NCBI GenBank assembly: GCA_012295275.1
Contig: CM022674.1
Span: forward strand, 11,532,001-11,596,000
DNA from: Chrysomallon squamiferum
Lineage: Eukaryota; Animalia; Mollusca
DNA: 64,000 nt
Reading direction: 5' to 3'
Shown: positions 1 through 24,470 of the stretch, piece after piece
Numbering within the stretch: position 1 is the stretch's first letter
Layout of the letters: each line of letters starts with the position of its first letter
The notes under the pieces: model-generated
Seen by the model: the letters and a program-made list of their open reading frames with translations, nothing else
What the model was told of the DNA's origin: nothing
Database searches by the model: none
Position numbers and translations under genes: made by a program

Positions 1-206
1 AAATTTTGTGACTGTTGAAGACAGACTGTCAAAAATATTGTAGACATACCTGAATCCCTTTTTCATTTTGGTTCTTATTATTTATCAGTGTTGTTGATAT
101 AAATTACAATAAATTTTAAAAATATTTTTGTGATAATGTAATTTTTTATTTGTTTGTTTGTTACTAATTTCAAGTTAAACCCTGTATTATTTATTTATTT
201 GCACAG

Positions 207-12403
<12,197 letters not shown>

Positions 12404-14258
12404 CAGTAGACGTAGGACAAACTACAACAAAAATAACTACAGACTTGTTCAGAATTCTCTGAGCTGTGATTCTGAAAGGAACACTGTGCAGTGACCAGAT
12501 TCTGATAAGAACTTTTTAAAGAAATTTGAGTCTTTCACATTTTGCGTACACACAGCCTCACACCAGTGATATTGCTACTGATGCTGAAGTCAAGTCTTTC
12601 AGTTTTGGACAACAATTTTGATATTTAAGGTTCAATATACTTCTTTTTATCCCAGTTTAACTTTTAGTGTGTGTTTCTCTTTAGAATTTAGAAGTCCTAA
12701 TTGTGGCTAATTGTTCTAGTAAGTATATTGCTATTTATGATTTGATATAAAAAATATCTTAAAATGCAAACAAGTGAACTTTATCAGTTGATGTGTTCTT
12801 TAAGTTTAGTAAAAAAAAAAAAACGTGTGTGTATGAAATTGTTAGTGATTTCTTTTTTATATATATTATTGTAATCAAGAACACATTATGAATATTACCT
12901 TCTAAAATGTATGATCATTTCAGCTAGTAAGTATCTGTGAATAGATTTTACAGTTAAAAAAATCCATCTAACCATATCTGCTACAAGTAAGTTTGAAAAT
13001 TAAAAAAACAAACAAAAGAACATACTTTAGTATATATTTTTTTCATAATAATAATAATAATAATAATAATGAAATTTAAAAACTCATCTCAGATGAAGAT
13101 CAGTGTTATGGTCACTTTGTTTCTGCAAGACATATTGATTGCATTGTGGTTGTTGAAGCCACCATGTTTACATTTTGTTTATGCATAATAAAAACAGAAA
13201 GTGTTAATAATTAACAGTTAACAACTTAAAAGTAAGTTGAATTAGATTTTGTTGCAAAAATCTTAAGAAAATAATCCTGAATGTTTTTATAATAAGAAAA
13301 TAAATAAATTTCACACTCTTGTTCGGAATTCAACACATCAACATTTAATGAATTAATCATCATCTTCTTCGTTGAATGCTGTACTGAATTAATGACCAAG
13401 TAGAGATTTTAATATTGCCATATATTAAGTTTAATCATCATTATTTAATCAATCACTTTATATTCCATACCCCCACACCCCCAACCAAAAAAAGTTAAAT
13501 ATCCCCCCACATTAACACCAAATATCCTGGCACTTTTTGGTTATAACAGTTAAAAAATAATAATTAAATTAAAAAAAAAATTTAAATTTTAAAAATAAAA
13601 AAATCTGAGGTATTCATTATATTAATTTTTCTTTTTTTCTCTCTCAAAATTTTTTTTTTAAAGGATGACTTGAAATATCTCTTCAAATATTCTGGTAATT
13701 TGTCTGATTTTTGTGCTTGGAGGGACACCTCGTAGCCACGTAAATACAAGTTTACAGACTTGTACATTACTATTCACCACTACACAGCATTTTAAAATGG
13801 AGGAAAATTTCCATGTGTGAACATTGTTTGGAAGAAAGGGTGCTAATTGTGTTTGTTTTGTTGTGTTTTTATAACAAGCTTGTTGAACTTAGTTCTAAAA
13901 TAGATGTAACTGATAGTGACTTTAATTTTGCTATTATTTTTTAAAGAATAAGTGTACATGAAATGCAAATTTTATTGTTTTTGCCAAACAAAACCATGTA
14001 TATAATTTATAAATAGTAAAAATACTGATATTCCTAATTGTTTTGTTGTTTATTATTATTATGAAATAAGATGAAATAAAAAATATTGAAGGAAATAGGT
14101 TATGTGTGTTAAATATAATCACAAAAAAAGTACTCAGTGGTGATATTATTGGGGCAGTTTCCTATTCCAACAAGTGGTAAAATGCCATCCTATGTTCTTT
14201 TCTCTATTTTCTCAGTTTTCCACTGAGCAATTGGTTTTCTGACAGTAAATTCATAATA

Positions 14259-14317
<59 letters not shown>

Positions 14318-15843
14318 TTCAGATGTTTAAAACAACCAATGATTCCATCAGTTATTCCCTATTTTTAATACTAGAAACTGTGGAATACATTTATTATTTT
14401 CTATCCGAGATTTACAGGCAAAAGATACAGAATCTCAGTCAAATTTGCTCCAGCAGATGTTAGTATCATGGATTTATAAACAAAATTGAAAAATAATGAG
14501 AGAAAATAAAGCGCCACCAGGACAAAAGGTATTCTCCTGACGACATATACTGTACCATGTTGGTGGTACTTGACATTGTAAATGCACCTAGTAACAAGAT
14601 ATAGTTCACGTAATATTTTTCAGTAAAAAATTAATACGATAAACAGATGATGTTGCAAAAAGTGAACAGGACATAATCCATAATTCATCATTGATGGTTA
14701 ATTGTGGTTTTTATTATTTGAAATAAATATAGTTACAGACATTAATGATGTAATCAATATGGATACGTCATCATTTTTTTAATATACATCAGAATGAAAA
14801 CCAATTCTTCATCTATTTATTTTATTTATTTATTTTTATTTATTACTTTATTTATTAACAATTAATAGTTGATCATAAAAATTTGCATAAAAGGTGACTG
14901 CCAGTCTCTTAAGTAGTAATTTGTAATCCTTGTTTTATTTTAACTTTTACTTCCTGTAATGATGGTGATGATGATGATGGTGATAATAATAAAAGTATGG
15001 ATGAGTCATAAGCAATTTAAGTTAACAGTTTTTGTCTTGCCTGACAACAGGAACGACTACATATGAAGAGCATTCGCTTTAAAAGCCTTTATGCGAGTAA
15101 AGCTGGAATTTTAGTAATCTGTGACGTGTTTCCGTAGTGATCGAAAACGGCACGACCTTTATGGAGAAGCGGTCTAGAGAGGCCAAGCAATGTCGCAGCC
15201 TATCGCGGTCTTTCGCGGTCTTTAACCGACCCTTTGATGTTTTCGCTTTTGGGACGTGCGAGATTTATCGGGTTTTGTTTAGTTAGGTGCGAAAGAAAAA
15301 ATGTTTTATTACAAATCCACCTCCCACTCCTCTATAAAAGTATTATGACATTACATTACTGCAAAGAAAAAGTGGTTTATTTGTCGTTTCTTTATTTGTT
15401 GTTATTAATCGTTTTGTTTATTAAGGTAGCTGGCATTCCTAAATAAGGCCTATTAATCGTAGTAGACGTAGCAATCGGTTGTAACAGTAGTAGTAAAACA
15501 TTATTGCAGTGGTAGTAACTATAATAGTTGAGGAAAAAGAGGTTATCTTCTTTTTTTTTTTCATTTTCCATTTTAATTTAATTTTTTATTATAATATCCC
15601 AATATCGTTTAGCATGATTTGATTACGTTCTTGTTTACTACACCAACTTACTTCTTGCTACGTTCCTTGACATATCGGTTAAAAATGTTAATTTTTAAAT
15701 AACTCTCGCGAATGGCACGTGCGGCCTTTAATCTCCCTGACACCTAGCCTCAAATGTCCAAGTTTAGTATGCTTGCCCAAGGATTTTCTGGCAACCTTTT
15801 AAGTATCGTCAAAAAAAGAGAGAAGGTATTCAACAAAAGAGGG

Positions 15844-15851
15844 TATATAAA
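15844..15851 (+). promoter_or_regulatory. TATA box candidate for chitin-binding gene 1
   Basis: TATATAAA about 135 bp upstream of ATG 15982; a second TATAAAA at ~15868. Confidence 0.45.
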
Positions 15852-15981
15852 GCTATAGTGACATGGCTATAAAAAGGTGCAGTCACGCGAACATAATTTT
15901 CTATACGTTAATTTTACAACTGGTTTAGGATTTCGATTTTAATATTTGATTCAACTTTCTAAGTGCTGCATATCTGCACAA

Positions 15982-16171
15982 ATGGAAAAATTATACCTAA
16001 TAGGTTTAGGTAAGTAATTTTATGTATTTTTTTTTTATGAAAAGATCTAAAATACTGTTTTCTCGAAAGTCCTTTTAAACTTTTTAATTCCCCTCCTCCC
16101 TTATATGTGGATTGTCAAGGAAAACGCAAAGGGATTTGCCACACATTGATTTAACTATTCTATAAACAAAA

Positions 16172-16214
<43 letters not shown>

Positions 16215-17646
16215 TTTTTTTTTTTTTTTTAGCTGTAAATATTAATGGAACTACTAAAATACAAATATATTTTATTACAGGGAAAGTGGAAATTTTGCTT
16301 CTGCATTTTAGTGAAGATAAATTTTTTCTATAATCACGTGTTCACCATTTATACTGTTTGGCTTATTTTTCGTTTAATTTAAAATGGTTAATTATGCTGC
16401 GTTTTGTTTACTTTTATATTTCTTTATTGACTCATAACCAGTCACATCCTTACTTGTCTAATACGGACTATTTATTTATTTATTTATTTTAATTTCATTT
16501 ATGTATTTATTTTAATAATGATTTATCGTTAAAGAATTACCCATTTATTCTTTCACTTTCATTAGGACTGAAACATAATATTTAATGTAACTGAATATGT
16601 GCTTTCTCACAAGTTTCTGCAATAATAATAATAATAATTATTATTATTATTATTTTATTCAGGCGTGTAATTATTGTTGTTTCAGGGTTACTGATTTTAT
16701 TTGTGAATTGTCACGGTCAACTTAGTTCTAACGATCCTTGCAACGGCCGACCTGTTGGACTATATCCTCAACGCGGAGATTGTTCCGTTTTTATCGAATG
16801 TACTGGAACATCTTCGTTTTTCCTACGGCGATGCGCAAACGGCACATTATTTGACGACAGTTTCAGAAGATGTGTTGAATCTTCCAGTGTCACAAGAACG
16901 GATTGCTTCAACCAAAACTGGAACCGAGCTCCTCAAACTTGGAATCAGCGAAATAATAATCAAAACTGGAATCGGCGAACAAACAGTCCAAACTGGAGTC
17001 AGCGAACCAACAACCGGAACTGGAATCGTCCTAACCGAAACCAATTTCAGCAGATTCCCAGATTTACGAGACCCACTTACAGACAAACATGGCAGACGGC
17101 CGCTCCGTCATGGCAACAGTGGACCAATCAGAGGTCGCCTACAAGAAGGACTTGGTCGAGACAGACGACAAGGTGGCCATGGTCTCGCCGTACAACACGA
17201 AGACCTTGGACAAGAGGCACAGTTAGACCAGTTCTAAATCAGGGTAAAATAGTATTTACTTGCTTACTTACGTCATAGTGAGTTACTTGCTTACTTACGT
17301 CATAGTGAGTTACTTACTCAGTTATTTTGGAATTTGTCATCGCTAGATTGCTTTATCATTATTAATTTGTTGTCCGTACGCCGTATCGTCTGTTGATCCC
17401 TCCGTCTATCTATCTGACGAGTTACCGTTTTCAGTTATATATAATTATAAATTGTTTTCAGGTGGTCGGGTATTTATCAACGTTGTGTCAAACGGCCGAA
17501 ACTTCATTAACAGAATTGACTGTCAACAACTTCAACGCGACGTCAACTTCTGGCTAACAAATCAGGCGCGGACCTATTGCAGGAACTGCCAACTCAACAT
17601 TCCCACTATCAACATTCGGTGTTCCCAGGGACCTGTACGTGGATAA
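15982..17646 (+). CDS. Secreted chitin-binding type-2 (peritrophin-A) protein with Arg/Trp/Asn/Gln-rich repeats and a 4-Cys C-terminal module, 256 aa
   Basis: Exons 15982-16009, 16686-17243, 17462-17646 (phase 1 introns, 771 nt). Signal peptide MEKLYLIGLGLLILFVNCHG. Six Cys spaced C-x13-C-x5-C-x10-C-x12-C-x10-C with the CANGTLFD motif. Confidence 0.88.
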
Positions 17647-18637
17647 GTTAACCAATAGGTACGAATATACACAGAATACAAAACTTTTCATTTATTTACG
17701 TTCTAAAACATCATAATAATGGTGTATTATATTGTTATACATCTAAGTAGTTGTCTGAATGTGTATGTGTGTCTTTGCGTGTATGCGGATGTTTATGATT
17801 AGATATAAGATAAGACAAAGAATGCTTATTTATAGCACATGAATTCGGAAGGTTTGTCTACACGTGTGGCAGAAATAGTTGAAGCTTCTGATTATCAGGA
17901 ATACCCAAAATTTATTTCATACACAGAAATATTATGTAGATTTAATTTCGGCTATATTTGTAAGGTTACTGATTATATTTCATATCATCGTATTCCACTG
18001 TATGAACAAATTTTCGAATATTATTCTCCGGCTCTAGACATTTATATGTGTATATGTGTGTGTCTCTGTGAATGCATGTGTGTACATATAAAAGATATTA
18101 TCAGAAAAATATTACTTGAATTTTTTCCATTTATTTATTTGTTTTATTTTGCAGATAATATAGCTGATGAGGGGGAAAACAGTTACATACACAGAAACAC
18201 GCACTCATACACACACAGTCAATGGCTTTAGCCAAAACAGAAAATATATTTTTTTCCATTTACTATTGTACCTGTTGAAAAACATTCACATAAACAAGAA
18301 AATAATTCAATAGAGATTTTGTGTAACAATGTAATTTATAAGCTGATGTGTAAATTATTATCACAACTTTAATAATTAATGTCTATTTTTTAATTTTAAA
18401 TAGTATGATTATAAGAGTAGTTTGAAAAATAAAATGAAGTTTACATCTAGGCTTTTTAGTCATTTATTTATTTCTATATTTGCTTTTATTGTCAGCTTTC
18501 CTCTTCTTCTTCTTATTTTTGTTTTTATTATTAATGTTTTGCTGGCCGTTTTAATAATATCAATAATGTTATACAGTAATATATTAAAATGTGTTTATAA
18601 TTAAATTTATCCTCCACCAGAATTACAGAACATTGTA

Positions 18638-21436
18638 TTATCCTAGTCTTCTACGATAATCGTTGCTGTTTATGTCGATATCGTCGATTAATCGCGGTCT
18701 CTGGTTATTCGGAAGACGATTAGGGTACAAGGACGAGACAGCATTGACGCGACCGTCTCCTGTTTTAGTGCGTCTTGTAACAGCTGTTGGTGGTGCTGCC
18801 AACACATTAGGATAAAGTAGAGATGTTGCTACAGCAGCGTTGTAGTTGTAGCTCGTCGGGGTACGGTAGTGTCCTGAATACAAAACTGACCCTTTCATGG
18901 CAGAACGATTGAGATCGTTCATTCGCTTGACGTATTGTACTGGATAAAAGAGGGAATTAGCTAATGCAACATTGTAATTGTTGGTTGTTGGCGTTTGACG
19001 AAGTCCTTGTGACAACGGCACGGGTACCGCGTGTGTGTGAGGCAAAACGCGGCCTACAATGTTTCCTTTGCGTACCCAGTAGCCCACTGGAACTGTGTGT
19101 CTGTGCGTGATCGATGTTCCATTTTTCAAAACGTGCTGATGTCTGATAGCTGTATGTTGAGGTAAATACACAGGATGATCGTTGGCAATGACGTTTCGTA
19201 GGCGACTGTGAGGCAAAACTCTAGCGACAACGTTTCCATTTCGTAAGAAATATGTCAGTGGTACTGTCTGTCTGTGAGTGACAACTGTTCCATTAGGCAA
19301 CAAGTGTTGGTGAGTTACCTTTCCTTGTTTCGGGACGGAAACTGGGTGGTCTTCTGAGGCAACATTCAGACGACCTTCGTGGTCATCGGCTTGTGATACC
19401 TGCACGTGCTGGTGGGGTAAAACCCGTGCTACCACTCTGCCGTTGATGACAGAGTAAGCCAGTGGTGCGGAATGTTTATGAGTTATAACCTGACCATTTG
19501 ATAGAATATGTCGATGAGTTACCGTTCCTTGTTTAGGCACGGAGACTGGGTAGTGTTGAGGAAAGATGCTTGGTCCGTTTCCAATCTTCCCATGAATACT
19601 CGAAACAGACTGGGGTTTTCTGTGAATTTCCGGTAATGTTCGGTTGTTTCCGTCAAATTTCGTGTTATTCCTTTGAAGTTTCGGAGCTGTTCTGCTATAT
19701 CGGAAATGGCTTAGAAATTGATCACGAATGGTGTCGTTTTCAAAATCAAAGGGAGACGACTTGCTAGCGACAAATCTCTGAAGCTGAGCTGTGCAGTTGA
19801 CGTCACGTCCTATCAGACACCGAGCTTTGTCAAAATGAAACTGTTCTCCTCGAGCACACCTCAGAAGAACCGGGTAATAGTTGACACACCGGAAATACGT
19901 CACACATCCCTCGCTCGCAGCGTTCGGGACATCGCCGTTAGCCACAGGACAAAAAACGTTCTGAGCAAACGTCTTCAGAACTAGAAAACCTGAAAAAAAC
20001 AAAAAAGAAACCCAAGGAAATAAATAAATAAATAATAACAATAACATAAAGAAAAACAACAGATTCCGCACATGCTTAATATTCAGGCACACACTGGCAC
20101 ACGAAGACAAAGTCCATTCACAACTTCACAAACTGCAAATGCCGCTGACGAAATTAAATGTATTGCACTAATCTGCCATTCCATGGCCACGTAACTAGAC
20201 TCTTTTTAATCGCCGAGCGGAACGGGGCAAAATAAATTTGGCGAGTGGTCTGGGGGCCGCCTAAGGCCTCCTAAGGCCTCCAGAAGCTCCAACTTGAAAG
20301 ACGCAAAATTCTCGACACTAGCCAATTTCTGGTATCTTTTTCCTAGTTCAGTAATCATAACTTTTTATGATTTAATTTTCGTGTTTTCTACTTTACCAGG
20401 CTAGAGGGAGTATTTCGAAATCCATGTTCACAATAAATGCACTAAACTAAAGACAGAAGAAATTCTTCAACCAGTTTTTGGCAGACATTACTTGAGTGCT
20501 ATCGTGACGCTAAATGACAATATACACTGCATCTGGGCAAGAACCGAACTGAGGTTGAACGTGTTAAAAGGATTCTGTATGCCTTAAATCAGGTGTTCGA
20601 TACACCTGTTTGATGTCTGATAGCTTTGAAGTCAGTTATGTCTTTCATCGCAACGATGTAGGTAGACTTCTGTAGGTAACCGTAGACAAACCAAATTCTT
20701 TCAGTGGATAGCGTTTCTATCGGAAGAGAGATTTATATACTTTTTTAAATAAAATATTTTTATAAATAAAAAAATATAAAATAAAAAATAAACAATCGTC
20801 AAATTCGGTATTGGGCATTTGCCTCAATTTAATTATGGCCATGCATTCGACTACCGAGTCAACAACCTTAATAAGACTTCTGTTCAGAAGCAGAGGTTAA
20901 TAATGGGGAAGTGCAAACGCGCCGTTCTTTGTGTTACGTCATTTAAAAAAAAAATATATATATATATATGTTCTGGTAAATATTGTGTTGTCTTAAGCAT
21001 ATCTTGATTTGGCTCTGAACATATACAATATCTTGATTGGCACTAGCACAGGAGGACAGTCTAGTGGTGACCTCACAAACGTCAGATATTAAGGCACAGG
21101 TACACAGAAGGCCATAAAATTCTATGTGCTCCATGTAATCAACATAAGCTCTGACATGCTATCTATAAGTAAATAAATACTGTTCTATGTTGTTAATCTT
21201 TTTAGAACTTATATAATTATTTTAAAATAAGTTAACTTATTTTTTTGCTATCGTATGAGCCCCAGTGCACTGTTTGCCCCGAGGGATGTAATGTTGTTAA
21301 GATTCCGTGGATGTTCTTGACGAAACTGGAACGTAGGATACACATGTTTTATGTTTGCGTGTCTGTGTATGAATCTTATATATTGCAACAACAATAATAT
21401 CAATAAAAATTAATATTATTACTACAACTACTATTA

Positions 21437-21483
<47 letters not shown>

Positions 21484-21728
21484 ATAATAATAATAATAAC
21501 AGTAGTAACAATAACAATACAAACACGAAAACTAAAAATAAAATCATTAAAAAGAATAAAAAATATAAAACAAGACATAAATAAAATAAAATAAATAAGT
21601 AATAATTTAAGAAATAAATAAAAATAAATTAATAAATAAATAAATATATATATATATATATAAAAATAAACAACAAAGAATTATAACTGGCAAATCAACT
21701 TACCACAGATTACCAATCGCAAGAACAT
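18638..21728 (-). CDS. Secreted chitin-binding type-2 protein with three His-rich repeats, 458 aa
   Basis: Exon 21704-21728 (ATG TTC TTG CGA TTG GTA ATC TGT G|gtaagt) joins exon 18638-19989 in phase (1377 nt). Signal peptide MFLRLVICGFLVLKTFA. Cys spacing C-x14-C-x5-C-x9-C-x12-C-x7-C. Confidence 0.88.
20092..20151 (+). repeat. Dispersed repeat (SINE-like fragment), also at ~21041-21087 and ~59471-59534
   Basis: Shared core CACTGGCACAGGAGGACAAAGTCCAxTCACxACCTCACAAAC..ATGCCGCTGACGA. Confidence 0.7.
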
Positions 21729-22833
21729 TTTCACAATTAACGTTTTTCAGTCTGTTTTCTTTTTCTTTTTTACTTCTCACGCCCAATTCACAGCTTGAGC
21801 CTTGAGTTCCCGGAATGTATCATTGTTGTTTTGAAGATTGTCGCAGCAGGTAATGGTTAAACAATGTCATGAATTAAACAGTATAAAGGATTTTTCAGCA
21901 AAAGGGCGTTTTCATATGGGCTGATCTCAGTAATTAAATATTCGTTATTGTAGAATTAAGTGGTTATATTTTTTAACACTGTTTTATTAATTAAAAAACA
22001 GTATATTTAATTTAATTCGTTCTTTAATTTCTTGTATTTATTTATTTAACTACTTACTTACGCAGTAATGCACTGAACTTCAGTAGCCTTTAAATAATTC
22101 AACCAGTAGTATGTTTCCCTGTGGGTAGAATGAAAACAACCAAACTTATGCATGGATATTATAACATGGAGTGTTTTTACTGGTTTTAAATATACGAAAA
22201 GTCGTTTGTTAGTGAAAATAATATTTAAAGTTTAAATTTTAATCTGTCACGTAACAGATACTACTACAACTACTACTACTAAAATTAATAAAACGAAATG
22301 AAATATATAATATAATATAAATACAAAATTATTCATGAAGAATTGCTTGAACTTAACGTTCTGACACCTCTGCCTTTCATTGGCAGAACTAGTCGGTGGG
22401 AGAAAAAGCACTCCATAATAATTATATTACCATTTGGTACACGTTCGTTGTCATTATCATTACTCAGCAGTGGCTTTTCTAGACTCACTAAACTTTAAGT
22501 AAACAACATCATCATCATTAACAACAACATCGTTCATTTTTCTTTCGTCTTCGCCCTCCTCCTCATTATCGTCGTCAAATGCACGGGACGTCGCTAGTCA
22601 AATCCAGGTAGCTTTGTTTGGATGCACTTCGTGAAATATAAATATATCTTTCAGTTTGTAAGTAATACAGAAATATAAAATACAACACAGTATTACAGAA
22701 GCAAATTATAATATGGTCTAATTTTACCCATAATTCAGAGGGTGGACAGACCTGAAATCAATCAACTGTGTGACCAGCAGACGATAATACAGCTTCATCA
22801 ACAAATCCAAAGTTAGCACTTACTTTATAGAAT

Positions 22834-22930
<97 letters not shown>

Positions 22931-23584
22931 TTCCTTTATAAAAACCACAAAACAACCAACTAACAATTGATGACGATTTATTTAATCATATTATTTAACT
23001 ATATTAATTAAAATAATTAGCAATATCTAAAGCATGGTCCAACAGGAACGATAACTCGTATTGGCACAGACTGCGTCTGCTCAAAAAAATGGCTCCAGAT
23101 TTCTCCAGTTTAATAGATAGAAACTATGCCTGAATCTTTTTGTTTCTGATGGGTTTCGACACGGGGAACATAGCCAGCTAGAAAAGTTAATATAAAAATG
23201 GACGGTAAAATTGTTGAATTTTGAAGGTTAAATCTCCTATGTGACGGTTTCCGAGCATACACGGAAATTTGCGATTGAAATTCAAAATGGCGGTGTCCGA
23301 CGTCGGTCAGTGTTTACGCACTTTTAAACATGTTCCTTCATAATGCAATCAATTCTACATGGATTATTACGCGTAATTTGTTAAAATATTTCATATGATC
23401 AATGACTTTTATATAGACGTCTGTTACTGAGTGGAAATTGTTTGAAAGGTTGTTTTTTTAACTTTGACCTCATACCTTATCGTACTATATTTTTTTTCAA
23501 ATATTAGGTCGAAGCCAGCAACCCCGCCCCTTACAAAAAAACAAACAACAACCACCAAACAAAAACATGAAGAAAGAAAAGAAA

Positions 23585-23638
<54 letters not shown>

Positions 23639-24213
23639 TTTCAGACACTGGCGGATGAAGATGACTTCTCAATAAGTACCATAATGTGGACACGTTACTC
23701 TGCTAAAACCCCATAGCAGACAGTTCCGAGTGCGCTGCAGTAAAACAATATTTCAAACCATTAAATTGTTTTTCTTTCGTTAAAAAAAAAACAACAACAC
23801 GAAAACACTGTGCTATTATGTATGTAAAGAATAAGTTTCCTATGTTAATTTTTGTTTAAAAAAAATCTGGTCCATGCTAATAATTAACTTGATTCTAATT
23901 CCTAGTAAGTGCCAGAATAAATAAATAAAAATATATTATTTTTCCATTCACATCAACATGCAGTGTACTTTCCTAACTAATTAGCTTTGTTAATCAAGGA
24001 CACTAGTGCCAGAATAGCTTATAAATAAATAAAATAACAACAACAACATGTTACCCATTATAATTCCATTTTATTCCAATAAGCAGTTAAAGCAAATCAA
24101 GTCAACAAAACAAATTAAGATTAATTTGAAAAGAAGCTGAGATCAGATACATGATTACACATAATAATAATAATAATAATAATATAATAATAATAATAAT
24201 AATAATAATTAAT

Positions 24214-24470
24214 GTTTCCCCCAGTCTGAAAAATGGGCATTTATTTCACATTACTTATCTTCAAAAGGGCCAAGTTGACAAGGTCTGATAATTAAACTCC
24301 GAATTGACAAGATCTGATAATTAAACTCCAAATTGACAAGATCTGATAATTAAACTCCAAATTGACAAGATCTGATAATTGAACTCCAAACTGACAAGGT
24401 CTGATATTTAAACTATCGTGAATATTTGATGGCAATAAAAAGTGCCCTCCTATTTCTGCATAGGGAAAAC
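24214..24470. mobile_element. MITE-like element enclosing a 29-bp tandem array
   Basis: Imperfect inverted ends GTTTCCCC..GGGCATTT / AAGTGCCC..GGGAAAAC. About 5 copies of TTGACAAGATCTGATAATTAAACTCCAAA at 24275-24413. Confidence 0.5.

Noticed and set aside
16755-17237. 160-aa overlapping alternative-frame ORF inside chitin-binding gene 1
   Set aside because: It starts at TTG, has no recognisable motif, and is explained by the codon bias of the repetitive real frame.
23030-23425. CpG-richer patches that may be transposon remnants (also 15100-15300, 20200-20400, 38600-39130, 45680-46130)
   Set aside because: No ORF, terminal repeat pair or second copy is identifiable within the window; a repeat library is needed.
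24275-24413. 29-bp direct repeats resembling a CRISPR array
   Set aside because: The repeats are head-to-tail with no spacers, there are no cas genes, and the context is eukaryotic.
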